Virus record (IMG/VR): IMGVR_UViG_3300025118_000005
Location: 1 to 64,000 of that record
DNA: 64,000 nt
Reading direction: 5' to 3' (one strand)
Origin: a virus
The notes under the pieces: generated by a model
Told to the model about the DNA's origin: nothing
Seen by the model: the letters and a program-made list of their open reading frames with translations, nothing else
Database searches by the model: none
Program-made: the position numbers and the translations under genes
Part shown: positions 48,424-58,460 of the stretch, piece after piece
Layout: each line of letters opens with the position of its first letter
Numbering within the stretch: the first letter of the stretch is position 1

Positions 48424-49539
48424 ATGGCGCAAATTAAATTAAGAAACGTAAATCCAGTAGTCTTTAATTATAACGTGGGCTTAGGCGATATCAACCCGGA
48501 CGAAAAGCTGGTTATTAATGATGGGAATCTCCGCTTCGACCATGGAAACGACGGAAGCGGACTTCGGTTTAAGTCTAGCTCTAGCTCCGGTAATAAAAGT
48601 TCAATCCGCTGGATAAATCAATCAGACACAGAAGTATTTAAACTGACTGTCGATCCAGACGGCAATAAAACAGATAAATTCACACTAAACGCTGGAGCAG
48701 TCGATTGCGTTACATTTTTACAGGACGGTAAGACCGGTTTGGGCAAAGACGACCCTCAAGTAAGATTGCACGTTAAGGACGGAGGCACTGAAACTGTAAG
48801 GTTCGAAAGTACTTCTGATCCTTCGTGGCTGCGCTTGACAAATAGCGCTGGGTTTGCTCAGTTAGGGGCTCGAGGGAATGATATAGAACTTGCTCCGGCT
48901 GGTAGTCCAAAGTTTTATTTTAAAGAAGCTGGAAAGCTCGGTATCAATACGGGGGGCGCTCCAGATTCAGCATTGCATGTCGTAGGAGACTCTATTCGTA
49001 TAAATGATCAAGAAAGTGATGCGAGCAGTAGACTTTTTCTTAGTGAGGGCAACTATGAAGGTAAATATGGATTTTCTTTGTTATATGCAGGATCAGCGAA
49101 TCCAACACTAGATTTAACGACCTTCGCGTCTGAAGCGAACACTTTTAGTATAGTAAGGCATGATAATAATGCAATTGGCGAAAGCGTACTTGAGATAGCA
49201 AGGGGGTCAGGTAAAGTTACCATAAGAGAAGAGCTTGAAGTAGACGGAGACATTCAGGCGGGGGGGAATATATTAGAAAGCGGCTCCTCGTCTAATGCGG
49301 GGTCGCTATATATCTCTGGAGGAAACGCCACAAACACCGGCGGCAGCATTGTCCTGTGTGGGTCTTCTCACACGACGAAAACAAACGTCGTCGAGATTAG
49401 AAAGGGGTCTATTGTTATGCTGCAAATTACCGCCGATGGCAAACTTAATATTCCTCTTGCAAATCTACCTAGCTCAAATGACAATCTTGCTCAAGGAGAT
49501 TTATGGAAAAATGGAGAGTCTTTACAAGTTAAGGTTTAA
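48424..49539 (+). CDS. tail fibre-like virion protein
   Basis: GKTGLG..DP...LHV and GKLGIN...P...LHV repeats typical of fibre proteins. Confidence 0.65.
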   Translation: MAQIKLRNVNPVVFNYNVGLGDINPDEKLVINDGNLRFDHGNDGSGLRFKSSSSSGNKSSIRWINQSDTEVFKLTVDPDGNKTDKFTLNAGAVDCVTFLQDGKTGLGKDDPQVRLHVKDGGTETVRFESTSDPSWLRLTNSAGFAQLGARGNDIELAPAGSPKFYFKEAGKLGINTGGAPDSALHVVGDSIRINDQESDASSRLFLSEGNYEGKYGFSLLYAGSANPTLDLTTFASEANTFSIVRHDNNAIGESVLEIARGSGKVTIREELEVDGDIQAGGNILESGSSSNAGSLYISGGNATNTGGSIVLCGSSHTTKTNVVEIRKGSIVMLQITADGKLNIPLANLPSSNDNLAQGDLWKNGESLQVKV

Positions 49540-49578
49540 TAAATTTGACATTTTTTATAAAAGTGCTATAATATAATT

Positions 49579-49770
49579 ATGGCAGAAGATACTGATAAAA
49601 AGTTGGGGATAGAAGAATCATTTAATCTCATAGTCCAACTAGCTAGAAATGCCAAGCTTTCTTGGAACGAGCACAGGCAGGTTCACGCAGCGGTTGAAGT
49701 CGTTTACAACGCATTAAATGATAAAAAAACCTCAGCGCAAGAAGCTTTCGAAGAAGAGCAAGAGGAATAA
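49579..49770 (+). CDS. hypothetical protein (possible fibre chaperone)
   Basis: Small helical ORF after the fibre-like gene; own promoter. Confidence 0.55.
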   Translation: MAEDTDKKLGIEESFNLIVQLARNAKLSWNEHRQVHAAVEVVYNALNDKKTSAQEAFEEEQEE

Positions 49771-49790
49771 TCTAGCATTATCCATAAATA

Positions 49791-49828
49791 AAGAAGGGGG
49801 CCTCCTTTTGGGGGGGGGCCCTTTTCTT
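49791..49828 (+). terminator. Rho-independent terminator
   Basis: GAAGGGGGCCTCC...GGGGGCCCTTTTC. Confidence 0.7.
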
Positions 49829-49884
49829 ATGTAAAGCTAGGTAAAGTTTTACTTTTTATAGAAAAATAGGGTGTAGTATAATAT

Positions 49885-50073
49885 ATGCTGAGTTATCCGG
49901 AAATCCGTGGCGTCCTTGCCGAACTCGAAGAAGAATATTCATTTCAAAAAAAACATCCGCAAAGCGAAAACTTTGCTGTCAATGCCCGATACGTTATTGC
50001 CATAGTCGATCGTCGTATACGAGAAAAAATTAAAAGTAAATACGATAGCGGCGGAGAAAGAATACAATTTTAA
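49885..50073 (+). CDS. hypothetical protein
   Basis: Follows the GTGTA motif at 49871. Confidence 0.55.
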   Translation: MLSYPEIRGVLAELEEEYSFQKKHPQSENFAVNARYVIAIVDRRIREKIKSKYDSGGERIQF

Positions 50074-50076
50074 ATT

Positions 50077-50514
50077 ATGAAAAACCTACTACTTAAATTT
50101 AAAGGCTATCTAGGCTCCGCATGGAACTATACTCTAAATCACTACCTATGCGTTTGTGCCGTTTTAATTACCTCTATTTGTTTCATGGGATATAACTTAA
50201 AAATAAGAGCAGACTATGAAAAAAGACTGTCAGCCTTAGCAAATGATCGTGTTGAGGCTCTGGGCCTGATAGGAAATCAATCTGAAGCTTTATCGCTACA
50301 GGGAGAAGCTCTAAGTAGCCAGCGCAGCGCACTTAATGATCAGTCAGAACTAATGAGCCGGATGATAAAGATAATTAACGAACACAGAGCGACCATTATC
50401 CAACAAGATCAAGTGATCCAAGAGCTAGTAAAAAGACTTCGGGCGCTAGGAGGCTTACCAGAAGTGCCGCCCGTGGATAAAGGCAAGTGGATTATTTTTA
50501 ATGAATCTTCGTAA
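50077..50514 (+). CDS. membrane-anchored coiled-coil protein (i-spanin-like architecture)
   Basis: N-terminal TM helix plus long heptad region; spanin role is inference only. Confidence 0.55.
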   Translation: MKNLLLKFKGYLGSAWNYTLNHYLCVCAVLITSICFMGYNLKIRADYEKRLSALANDRVEALGLIGNQSEALSLQGEALSSQRSALNDQSELMSRMIKIINEHRATIIQQDQVIQELVKRLRALGGLPEVPPVDKGKWIIFNESS

Positions 50515-50770
50515 GCTAGATAAATATTCTCATTATTGGAATAAAGAAAAGACAGATTGGGCTGTTGAGGGTAAAGATGGACGCTGGTGGATTTTTCGTG
50601 GACCAGCGTCTTCTAAAGCAAGGAATAAAAAGAAGATGAAAATCAAAAAGAAAAAAGAATCTTCAATTATTTTAACAAAGCCCTATTTTCTGCTAATAAT
50701 AATAATAATAATAAGCGCAATATTAGGAGTGAGTTTAGCTCTTAATGTCGTGTATTACTTATTGAGATAA
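50501..50770 (+). CDS. membrane protein
   Basis: Basic stretch followed by a C-terminal hydrophobic helix. Confidence 0.55.
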   Translation: MNLRKLDKYSHYWNKEKTDWAVEGKDGRWWIFRGPASSKARNKKKMKIKKKKESSIILTKPYFLLIIIIIISAILGVSLALNVVYYLLR

Positions 50771-50783
50771 AAAGGACAAAAAA

Positions 50784-51434
50784 ATGAGAGACAAAAATTT
50801 ACATGTATTAATTCACCCGGCTCTTTCGTTAGCCACGATTAAACGCGAAGTACAGTTGATCAGTCAAGCGGGAGACGACATCTCTATCGTTAGTCATGGT
50901 GGCGGTGACGGAGTTTTAGATGCGTATATGCTGGCTAAAAGCGACAATATTATAAGCTGTCACATCATAAAAAATAGTGACGTCCCACTGAGCGCCAGAG
51001 GGAGAGGCGTACTTTTACATGGTCATATTACGGCCGACAATCTTAAAAACTATGTCGTTGATTTTCTAAAAGGCTACCATGTAGAACATAATGTTTTGTA
51101 TATGGCTAATGTGGAAGCAGACGTCGTTGAAGAGGAAGTCATTGAAGACGAAGTGGTCGAAAGCGTAATCGAAGACGAATTGGTTGAAGACGAATTGGTT
51201 GAAGACGAATTGGTTGAAGACGAAGTCGAAGACGAATTGGTTGAAGACGAAGTCGAAGACGAATTGGTTGAAGACGAAGTCGAAGACGAATTGGTTGAAG
51301 ACGAAGTCGAAGACGAATTGGTTGAAGACGAAGACGTCGAGGAAGATTTAGATGAAGAAGACTCTACAGAAGATAACTTATCTGACGGCTCTGATTCTGA
51401 TGATAGGCCCGATAGTCGGATGTGGGATAATTAG
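50784..51434 (+). CDS. protein with acidic tandem-repeat tail
   Basis: EDELV/EDEVEDELV repeats. Confidence 0.7.
   Translation: MRDKNLHVLIHPALSLATIKREVQLISQAGDDISIVSHGGGDGVLDAYMLAKSDNIISCHIIKNSDVPLSARGRGVLLHGHITADNLKNYVVDFLKGYHVEHNVLYMANVEADVVEEEVIEDEVVESVIEDELVEDELVEDELVEDEVEDELVEDEVEDELVEDEVEDELVEDEVEDELVEDEDVEEDLDEEDSTEDNLSDGSDSDDRPDSRMWDN
51171..51323 (+). repeat. in-frame tandem repeat: 3 x 15 bp plus 4 x 27 bp
   Basis: GAAGACGAATTGGTT x3, then GAAGACGAAGTCGAAGACGAATTGGTT x4. Confidence 0.95.
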
Positions 51435-51885
51435 TCCTTACCAACGAAACTCCGAAGGATACTACGAAAGACACTATTGGACTTGCGGCCCTATTGCATT
51501 AGAAAAAGCTTTCAACGCGGTTTATACTAGAGACGGTATAGTTTTCGTTAGGGACCCTTTCCCTCGGGGAGCGCTAAGTAAAGAAATCCAAAAAAGAGGG
51601 ATGAAGCTAAAAGAGCTTTTATCCTTTTTTAATAAGGAGGCAATATGTATAACTTGGCCTAGCGATATTAAACACGTCGCTGAACATCACGGTTTTAAAC
51701 TCACAAAAATAGATGACATCGACAGCCTTGACCCCGCAAAGGATATCGCTATAGTTTTAATCCATGGTCGACATTTTTCTAAAGAATATCATTGGATCGT
51801 ATATCCCATTGATGATGTTAAAAACTTTTATGAAAAAAAAACAGTTATTGACACTATATATTTACTAAAATGGAAAGATAAATGA
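51352..51885 (+). CDS. lipoprotein with C39-like cysteine peptidase motif
   Basis: Lipobox IVGC; TCGPIAL...T.P..I...HWIV. Confidence 0.6.
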   Translation: MKKTLQKITYLTALILMIGPIVGCGIISPYQRNSEGYYERHYWTCGPIALEKAFNAVYTRDGIVFVRDPFPRGALSKEIQKRGMKLKELLSFFNKEAICITWPSDIKHVAEHHGFKLTKIDDIDSLDPAKDIAIVLIHGRHFSKEYHWIVYPIDDVKNFYEKKTVIDTIYLLKWKDK

Positions 51886-52061
51886 ATAATCTTAAATTAA
51901 TTCCACTATGGGCTTGGGCAGTTTTGCTCGGAGCGTGTATCGTCCTAGGCGTTTGGCTTGGAGGTAACGATGTCGGATGCGATGGCAATGACTGTGATGC
52001 TGGCTGTTGCGACTCTGGGGTTTGCGCTGTAGAAGACTGCTCTTGTTCCTGTAAAAAATAA
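51882..52061 (+). CDS. 59-aa membrane-anchored Cys-rich peptide
   Basis: MNNLKLIPLWAWAVLLGACIVLGVWLGGNDVGCDGNDCDAGCCDSGVCAVEDCSCSCKK; start overlaps the upstream stop; below the track cutoff. Confidence 0.6.
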   Translation: MNNLKLIPLWAWAVLLGACIVLGVWLGGNDVGCDGNDCDAGCCDSGVCAVEDCSCSCKK

Positions 52062-52129
52062 CTCTTGCTTTTGCTTCGGTTCTCTGTTATTGTATATCTA
52101 TCCCTAGGTAGGGACTTAGATATATAAAT

Positions 52130-52348
52130 ATGAAAACTATTAAAATCGTGTGTATCGGGGCGCTTCTTGCATCTTTTTCTGTAGGCTGCGCCGTAACTCA
52201 GCATCTTCCCTCTGTCACCCTTGGCCCTAAAGCTAACCATGATAAATTGCTTGGCGTTAGCGTCAGTAAGAAAGGTGTAGCAGTGGTTGCTCCGCTCGTT
52301 GAGGTAGGTGTCCCGGCCCCCTCTTTAAGGGTGGGCGACAGTAAGTAG
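52130..52348 (+). CDS. small lipoprotein
   Basis: Signal peptide ending SVGC. Confidence 0.6.
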   Translation: MKTIKIVCIGALLASFSVGCAVTQHLPSVTLGPKANHDKLLGVSVSKKGVAVVAPLVEVGVPAPSLRVGDSK

Positions 52349-52379
52349 AAGAGATAAGATTCGTTTTATAGAATCTACG

Positions 52380-52414
52380 AACCTCCCATTTTTAATGGGG
52401 GGTTATTTTTTTTT
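52380..52414 (+). terminator. Rho-independent terminator
   Basis: AACCTCCCATT...AATGGGGGGTT plus T-run. Confidence 0.75.
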
Positions 52415-52499
52415 ACTTTTAGTGATAATTAACCTAAAATAGGTGTATTAATATTTAGCTCTTACTGCGAAGAAATAATAATTTAATATCGATCTATTT

Positions 52500-53033
52500 A
52501 TGGATAAACTAGAGTTTGAAAACTTTGAAGTGAACGCCTCTGATCAAAATGCTGATCAAGAGGTAGTCAATGATGTACGGAATTCCGAAGAGCAAGCCAT
52601 CGAATTTTCTTCACGCGTGATGGCCGCGTTATATCGAAAAGTAAAAGAGCATAATAGTAACTGCCCTTCGAAGGTAGATCATTCACAATTAAAAAAAGTT
52701 TATAGGCGCGGTGCACAAACTGTAGAAGAAGAACCGGGTTTACACGCGATGGCTCGAGTGAATATGTTCTTAAGAATGAAAAAGGGCGGTAAGATCGTTT
52801 ATCAAAAACCGAAAGTAGAGCAGACAGCAGAGCTTAAAGAATTAATATTCGAAAACAAAGCCAGAATTCAAGTCAATACATTTATTGATATTACTGAAGA
52901 CTGGCTGCCGATAGAAGCCGACTTTATTCAGGCTGGCGAAGATATCGACGAACACAAACTAAATTATAACTTCAAAGATATTAACGAACTATATCTTGAT
53001 GATTACGAAAAATTAGATATTATCTGGGGATAA
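52500..53033 (+). CDS. hypothetical head-region protein
   Basis: KVKEHN...LKKVYRRG...AMARVNMFL; upstream of the head genes. Confidence 0.7.
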   Translation: MDKLEFENFEVNASDQNADQEVVNDVRNSEEQAIEFSSRVMAALYRKVKEHNSNCPSKVDHSQLKKVYRRGAQTVEEEPGLHAMARVNMFLRMKKGGKIVYQKPKVEQTAELKELIFENKARIQVNTFIDITEDWLPIEADFIQAGEDIDEHKLNYNFKDINELYLDDYEKLDIIWG

Positions 53034-53038
53034 AAAAA

Positions 53039-53506
53039 ATGGAAATAGACTTCACTGATCAAATCAAAAAACTAAAAGCGATAAAAGAATGCGGCTGCGC
53101 AGACAACTGTGATTGCTCGGGCGACTGTGGGGGAAATTGCGGCTGTCAAGAAATACAAGCGGAAAAAAACTATCCCGGGAAAAATGTAGAGCGTCGCGAA
53201 GACGGAGTACCTAAAAAGAAACAAAAAAAGCGGGCCTGCAAAAAGGGCGAACATCGAGACAAGAGCGGCAAGCTAGTAAAGAATAGTAAAGGCGATGAAG
53301 AAAAAGGTTACGACTTACCACAGCCTAAAACCAAAGGGTTAGAAAATCCCCGAAATCAACATGAATATGATAACAATAGAGACGTAAATGTTGATGGACC
53401 GGTTGACCTCTCTCCGTACATGCCTCAAACGAAAGAGCTAGAAAATCCCCGCAACATGCATGAGTATTATAAAAACTTGTATAAGAAAGTAAAGGGGCTA
53501 GACTAA
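53039..53506 (+). CDS. hypothetical protein with Cys cluster and internal repeat
   Basis: CGCADNCDCSGDCGGNCGC; TK.LENPRN.HEY twice. Confidence 0.65.
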   Translation: MEIDFTDQIKKLKAIKECGCADNCDCSGDCGGNCGCQEIQAEKNYPGKNVERREDGVPKKKQKKRACKKGEHRDKSGKLVKNSKGDEEKGYDLPQPKTKGLENPRNQHEYDNNRDVNVDGPVDLSPYMPQTKELENPRNMHEYYKNLYKKVKGLD

Positions 53507-55020
53507 TGCAAAAATATAAATATACAACTATTTTTAGTTCGACTCTGAAGCCCTTGGTGTCAGAAGAGAAAGATAAGTACTTAGCTATGGCTAGCTTAAT
53601 GGAAGTATCAGATTTTATTCCGAATATTGATACCTCCCAAAATATTGATTTATTGCCCATCGCTTTTAATGCCGCGGTCGCGAATAGAGTTAACAAGAAC
53701 GGGGATGTTATTGATGGTGGAACTGCTTTAAAAGTTTATAAAAATTTTATTAACAAACCTATTAATATTGAACATAATAGAGAGAAGATTGTAGGGACTA
53801 TCCTCGCTGCAGGATTTAGCGAGTTTGGAACCGATAAGGCTATGACCGAAACACAAGCGGCTGAGATGAAAGGCCCGTTTAATATTACGCTTGGTGGCGT
53901 AATTTGGAAAGTAGCTAGTAGCGAGTTAGCAGACTTAATTGAAGACTCTGCTGACCCGACAAGTGAAAATTATTTGAAAATTTCAGCCAGCTGGGAATTG
54001 GGTTTTACCGACTACCATCTGGTGATTTTGCCTGAAGATGAAAAAAATATTGAAGACGGTCAATTTGTTACAGAATCGAAAGAAATTGAGCTTCTCAGTA
54101 GTCATTTAAGGGCTTTGGGCGGTGACGGAAAGCTGGATAACGGCAAGAATGTTTATCGTCAAGTAGTGGCCGAAGTTGTTCCTCTGGGCATCGGTCTCAC
54201 TGAAACTCCCGCGGCGGAAGTCAAGGGGGTTGCAACTGAGGAAGATAAAAAGGAAGATAAAAAGGAAGAAATTTCTGACGATCAAAAGAACAACAGTTCA
54301 CAAATAGAAACAAATAATGTAAATATAAGTGAGAATACCATGAAAAAGACAATCGAAAAAATGAAAGATATCAACGACGAGTCGTTGACCGAAATGTCTG
54401 CTTCTACTATCACGGACTTCATTAAAAGCGAGCTCGATAAGGCCGCTGATCAATACCAACAGGAGATGACCGAGAAGGAAGCTGCCCTTGAGGTCGCTAC
54501 CACAAAATCCGATACTCTTCAGGTGGAACATGATCAGCTAACCGACGAACTTACTAAAGTGAAGGACGCGTTAGGTGAGCTTGAGAAAGCTAACACCGAG
54601 AGAGAAGCGGAAGAACAGTTTAATCAACGCATGTCTGGTTTAGACGAAGAATATGTGCTTACCGATGAAGATCGGGAGGTCATTGCTTCTGACATTAAAG
54701 ACATGAACAAAGATGCTTTTACTGCTTATACAGCGAAGTTAAGCGTTCTTTTGAAGGACAAGAACAAAGCTACTATTGCCGAGGCTGATGCCTTAACGCA
54801 GTTGGAGCCCCTTGTCGCTTCTGAAGAAAAGGAAGAGGTCAAAGAAGCTATTGCTTCTGAGACTGAAACTGCTGTGAAAGAAGTTGTAGAAGAAGCTTTA
54901 GAAAACGCCGAAGCCGAACAAGATGAGGTTCCGGTGAGTTCTGAGGCCGCAGAGCCTTCGATTTACGAAAAGTATGCAAAGGCTTTTGGTCTCGACCAAT
55001 TCGACATTAAAATTAACTAA
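53506..55020 (+). CDS. prohead protease/scaffold fusion
   Basis: NKNGD, NIEH, SASWE in the N-terminal half; acidic coiled-coil C-terminal half; upstream of decoration and capsid genes. Confidence 0.7.
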   Translation: MQKYKYTTIFSSTLKPLVSEEKDKYLAMASLMEVSDFIPNIDTSQNIDLLPIAFNAAVANRVNKNGDVIDGGTALKVYKNFINKPINIEHNREKIVGTILAAGFSEFGTDKAMTETQAAEMKGPFNITLGGVIWKVASSELADLIEDSADPTSENYLKISASWELGFTDYHLVILPEDEKNIEDGQFVTESKEIELLSSHLRALGGDGKLDNGKNVYRQVVAEVVPLGIGLTETPAAEVKGVATEEDKKEDKKEEISDDQKNNSSQIETNNVNISENTMKKTIEKMKDINDESLTEMSASTITDFIKSELDKAADQYQQEMTEKEAALEVATTKSDTLQVEHDQLTDELTKVKDALGELEKANTEREAEEQFNQRMSGLDEEYVLTDEDREVIASDIKDMNKDAFTAYTAKLSVLLKDKNKATIAEADALTQLEPLVASEEKEEVKEAIASETETAVKEVVEEALENAEAEQDEVPVSSEAAEPSIYEKYAKAFGLDQFDIKIN

Positions 55021-55038
55021 ATTAAGGAGAAATAAAAA

Positions 55039-55614
55039 ATGGCATCAAAATTATTACCATTCAGACAAATCAGTGAAAACGACGTTGTCAACTTATTTGC
55101 CTATGACGGTTCTGAAGCTATCAGGGGACTAATTGTCTCTCTCGATACTGGTAAGGGCTGGAATATGGACGATGAGCTCGAGACGACTTCGATCAATCTA
55201 AGCTACAACAATACAGTTTCTGACCGTTATTCGGTCGCGGCGAGAGTAGACACCTGTGCATCAGGTGATGTTCCTTTCGGCATGTTAATGTATGACGTAA
55301 CTGAAACGGATGAGAACGGGGAGAAATTAATTTATCACCCTCGTAAAGCTCATGAAATGCAAGTATCGGTTAGCGGCCAAGCCGTTCCGGTCTTGACAAG
55401 GGGAATTGTCCTCGTTAACACTCCAGACGCGGACGTGGCGTTGCAGGCCGTTAAGGCTGGCGATGCAGCATACGCAGGAGCAGGTGGAGCAATTATTGCT
55501 CACGACAACGCTCCCGCAACGCTATTTAGAGTAGGAACCTTCCTAGGACCTCGCTCGGCAAAAGACAACGTTCTCTTGAAGCTTGATTGTCATTCGTCGC
55601 ACGGTGACCACTAA
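55039..55614 (+). CDS. capsid decoration/cement protein
   Basis: Small beta-rich protein between scaffold and MCP; DENGEKL, GQAVPVLTRG; AAGGAG RBS. Confidence 0.6.
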   Translation: MASKLLPFRQISENDVVNLFAYDGSEAIRGLIVSLDTGKGWNMDDELETTSINLSYNNTVSDRYSVAARVDTCASGDVPFGMLMYDVTETDENGEKLIYHPRKAHEMQVSVSGQAVPVLTRGIVLVNTPDADVALQAVKAGDAAYAGAGGAIIAHDNAPATLFRVGTFLGPRSAKDNVLLKLDCHSSHGDH

Positions 55615-55643
55615 ACAATTAAATAAAAAGGAGAATTAAAACA

Positions 55644-56807
55644 ATGAAATTAAAATTAAAAAATACTCCCGAGCAAGTAGAGTTGATTAAGGCTCTTGGT
55701 TCCAGAGATCAAACCGTTTCTGCTGAAGCTGCTTCAGCATTTGCGTCCTTTATTGGTCCTGTGATTTCCAAGGTAATCGCTACTGCCGGAACATCTAACC
55801 TCATCTTTTCTGATGTACGTTATGATGAAGACGACAGCCCCAGTTATCCACTGGATCTGTATTATGACGAGAGTGAGGGTTATGTAACCACTTGGTCTCA
55901 AAACATCGCTGGCGGTATGCCCACCTCGCAAGTCGAGGGCGTAGCCGAGATGAAAATCGCCACCTATCGTTTAGATAGCGCGGTTAGCTTCTTAAAGAAG
56001 TATGCTCGTAAGAGCCGTCTCGACGTCATCAGTAAAGCTCTTGAGCGTATGGCTCAGGAAGTTTTGATCAAGCAAGAGAGAAATGCTTGGGCCGTGATCC
56101 TTAAGGCTCTCGCTCAGGCGACCTCTGCACACTCAACAGCTTATGCACAGACTGACCAAAATGGTGGCCACATTCTTGCTAGTGAGAAGATGGGCGACTT
56201 CAAGGTAAATGACTTAAGCAGAATGTTGACCTTAATGAGAAGACTAAGTACTTCTTGGTCCGGTCATACTCCTGCTGGCGGCGACGCTTATGGCCTCACC
56301 GACTTATTCGTAAGTCCTGAGATCAAGCAGCAGATCCGTGCGTTTGCTTATAACGCTATGAACTCCGTGAGCGATACTCGCGGTACGGTTGCTCTCCCGG
56401 ACAATGTCCGTGAAGACATCTTCCGTGCGGCAGGAACAAGTGAGATCTACGGTGTGAGAATCAGTGATCTCTTGGAGCTCGGCATGGCTAAAAAATACAA
56501 CACGTTGTTCGCGTCCTTCTTGGGTGCGTCTCAAACGATTGCGCATGACGATAGTGATGCGGATCAAGACGACGTATTTAGCAACTCCGCTGAGGTAGGG
56601 ACCGGTCATCAAATTCTGATCGGACTTGATGGTTCTCGTGAATCATTCATTCGCCCAGTGGCTGTTCAGCATGATAGCGGCGGAACTTTCTCCGCGTTGC
56701 CTGATGACCAATTTGCTGCTCGCGCAGACAAAACTGGCTTCTACGGCTTCTTGGAAGAGGGTCGCGTCTGTATCGACGCTAAGGCTATTGTAGGCATGGT
56801 TGTCTAA
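55644..56807 (+). CDS. major capsid protein
   Basis: 387 aa, canonical position after protease/scaffold and decoration genes; strong RBS; followed by a terminator. Confidence 0.8.
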   Translation: MKLKLKNTPEQVELIKALGSRDQTVSAEAASAFASFIGPVISKVIATAGTSNLIFSDVRYDEDDSPSYPLDLYYDESEGYVTTWSQNIAGGMPTSQVEGVAEMKIATYRLDSAVSFLKKYARKSRLDVISKALERMAQEVLIKQERNAWAVILKALAQATSAHSTAYAQTDQNGGHILASEKMGDFKVNDLSRMLTLMRRLSTSWSGHTPAGGDAYGLTDLFVSPEIKQQIRAFAYNAMNSVSDTRGTVALPDNVREDIFRAAGTSEIYGVRISDLLELGMAKKYNTLFASFLGASQTIAHDDSDADQDDVFSNSAEVGTGHQILIGLDGSRESFIRPVAVQHDSGGTFSALPDDQFAARADKTGFYGFLEEGRVCIDAKAIVGMVV

Positions 56808-56829
56808 TTTGACACTATATCTTTATCAC

Positions 56830-56859
56830 AACTCGGGGGGTTTCCCCCGAGTTTTTTTT
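56830..56859 (+). terminator. Rho-independent terminator
   Basis: AACTCGGGGG-GTTT-CCCCCGAGTT plus T-run. Confidence 0.9.
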
Positions 56860-56902
56860 GTCTTTATAGTCATTATATGTTATAATATGTGAGTAGTTAA
56901 AG

Positions 56903-58447
56903 ATGGCTGTTTCTAGGAGAAAATATGGGGTTCCAGCGAGGGAAGTCGACAAAAAGACCAAAGGGTCAGAGACTTTAGGGCATAACTCTGACGTCGATAA
57001 GCGCCCCAGAGTATTAAAAGACGGAACTCTTCAAGTAGAAAACTTAAAGGAAGTCTCTAGCGATGGGCTAAGTTATGAATTAGACAAAAAAAATAATACG
57101 TTTTTCTTTTCACAGTCTTTAGACTCAAATACTCAAATAAATTATATTCCGCAAGCTGTAGATAAGGTATATAAAACTACAGCCTCATTCAAGGGCGAGG
57201 TTAAAGAGGCTTTCGCTACGTTTCGCAGTGATGTAAAAAAGTTTTCTGTCAAAAATATGGACAGATATAAAACTCAGCACAAGCAAGCTAGACTATTAAT
57301 AGACCAAATCCATAAAGATCATAATACGTTCCTTTTTACAGAGAAAAGAGGGGGGGACACTTTGTGGAATCAAATCTATCGAGACGTAACTAACTTTGGT
57401 CCTTATAATTATGACGTAAAATTAGAAGTAACAAAAGACATAGAATTTATTAATGACTTAATTGTGATCCGGTCAGGAGGGTTCGCGACTAAATATAATA
57501 AAGGAGCAAATGGATATTCCAATCTTAGAAGCGGAGATGGCATAGCTTGGGTTTCCCCTCATGATCAATTAGCTTATTCTGGTAAAAATTTGTATTTTTC
57601 TTCCGGAGCTAGTTATTTTAATAAAGCAAGCGGCGTAAGCACCGGGACCGCAGGCACGCTAGCAATAGATCACGGTATGCTTCCGACCGCTGTAAGCGGT
57701 AGAGACGTAACTTATTATGTGCATGCTTTATCTTCTAAATTTGTATCTATACCGAAGGGAGCAAATCTTGGGTCAGGAATGGTATATTCTAAACATAATT
57801 CTGATGGGACGTACGATAATCTTACAAGCACAAATCCTCTGTATGGAGATTTTTATTATATTTATGATGAATATCAAACAAATTTCAATAAAACTGGGTG
57901 GAACGGGGTTATCCCCTCTGGGTCTTGGTTTACGATAGAGACTTGGTCTACAAATCCAAAATATATAGGCTTTGATGGAGAAATTACAATTAAGCCAACG
58001 GGGGAAAATGATCCCACTTGTACTTATTCTGCAACTGCCCAAGGAACTGCTTCAGACACGGACTATCAAGAAAGCGTAAGAAAAGCTTACGCTGTAGCAA
58101 AGAAAAAATTCTATAAAAACCTAAACAAAATTTTAATTTCAAAAGGAATTAGAAATAAACCCTCTAGACTTTTAAGATATGAAAGAATGTTATTAAGAGC
58201 GGCCCAAGATATATTTGACGGGGTTACTATAATAAAAAATGATCAGATAGCCAAGGTCCAAGGAACCGAAAGCGACCCATTAAATAGCCCAGTTTATTAT
58301 GACGGTACTAGCGAAGTCTATGGAGGTAATCAGTCCAACGCTAATTATAATCCAGCTTCATTTTATGAAGAGAGATTTTTGAAAAATAAATCGTCTTCTA
58401 TCGGCTCCAATAGTTCCGGGGGGAGCTCTGGGGGAGGCTCATACTAG
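56903..58447 (+). CDS. putative virion protein
   Basis: 514 aa, SG-rich, late region; no recognised motif. Confidence 0.65.
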   Translation: MAVSRRKYGVPAREVDKKTKGSETLGHNSDVDKRPRVLKDGTLQVENLKEVSSDGLSYELDKKNNTFFFSQSLDSNTQINYIPQAVDKVYKTTASFKGEVKEAFATFRSDVKKFSVKNMDRYKTQHKQARLLIDQIHKDHNTFLFTEKRGGDTLWNQIYRDVTNFGPYNYDVKLEVTKDIEFINDLIVIRSGGFATKYNKGANGYSNLRSGDGIAWVSPHDQLAYSGKNLYFSSGASYFNKASGVSTGTAGTLAIDHGMLPTAVSGRDVTYYVHALSSKFVSIPKGANLGSGMVYSKHNSDGTYDNLTSTNPLYGDFYYIYDEYQTNFNKTGWNGVIPSGSWFTIETWSTNPKYIGFDGEITIKPTGENDPTCTYSATAQGTASDTDYQESVRKAYAVAKKKFYKNLNKILISKGIRNKPSRLLRYERMLLRAAQDIFDGVTIIKNDQIAKVQGTESDPLNSPVYYDGTSEVYGGNQSNANYNPASFYEERFLKNKSSSIGSNSSGGSSGGGSY

Positions 58448-58460
58448 GGGAGTTTAATAT

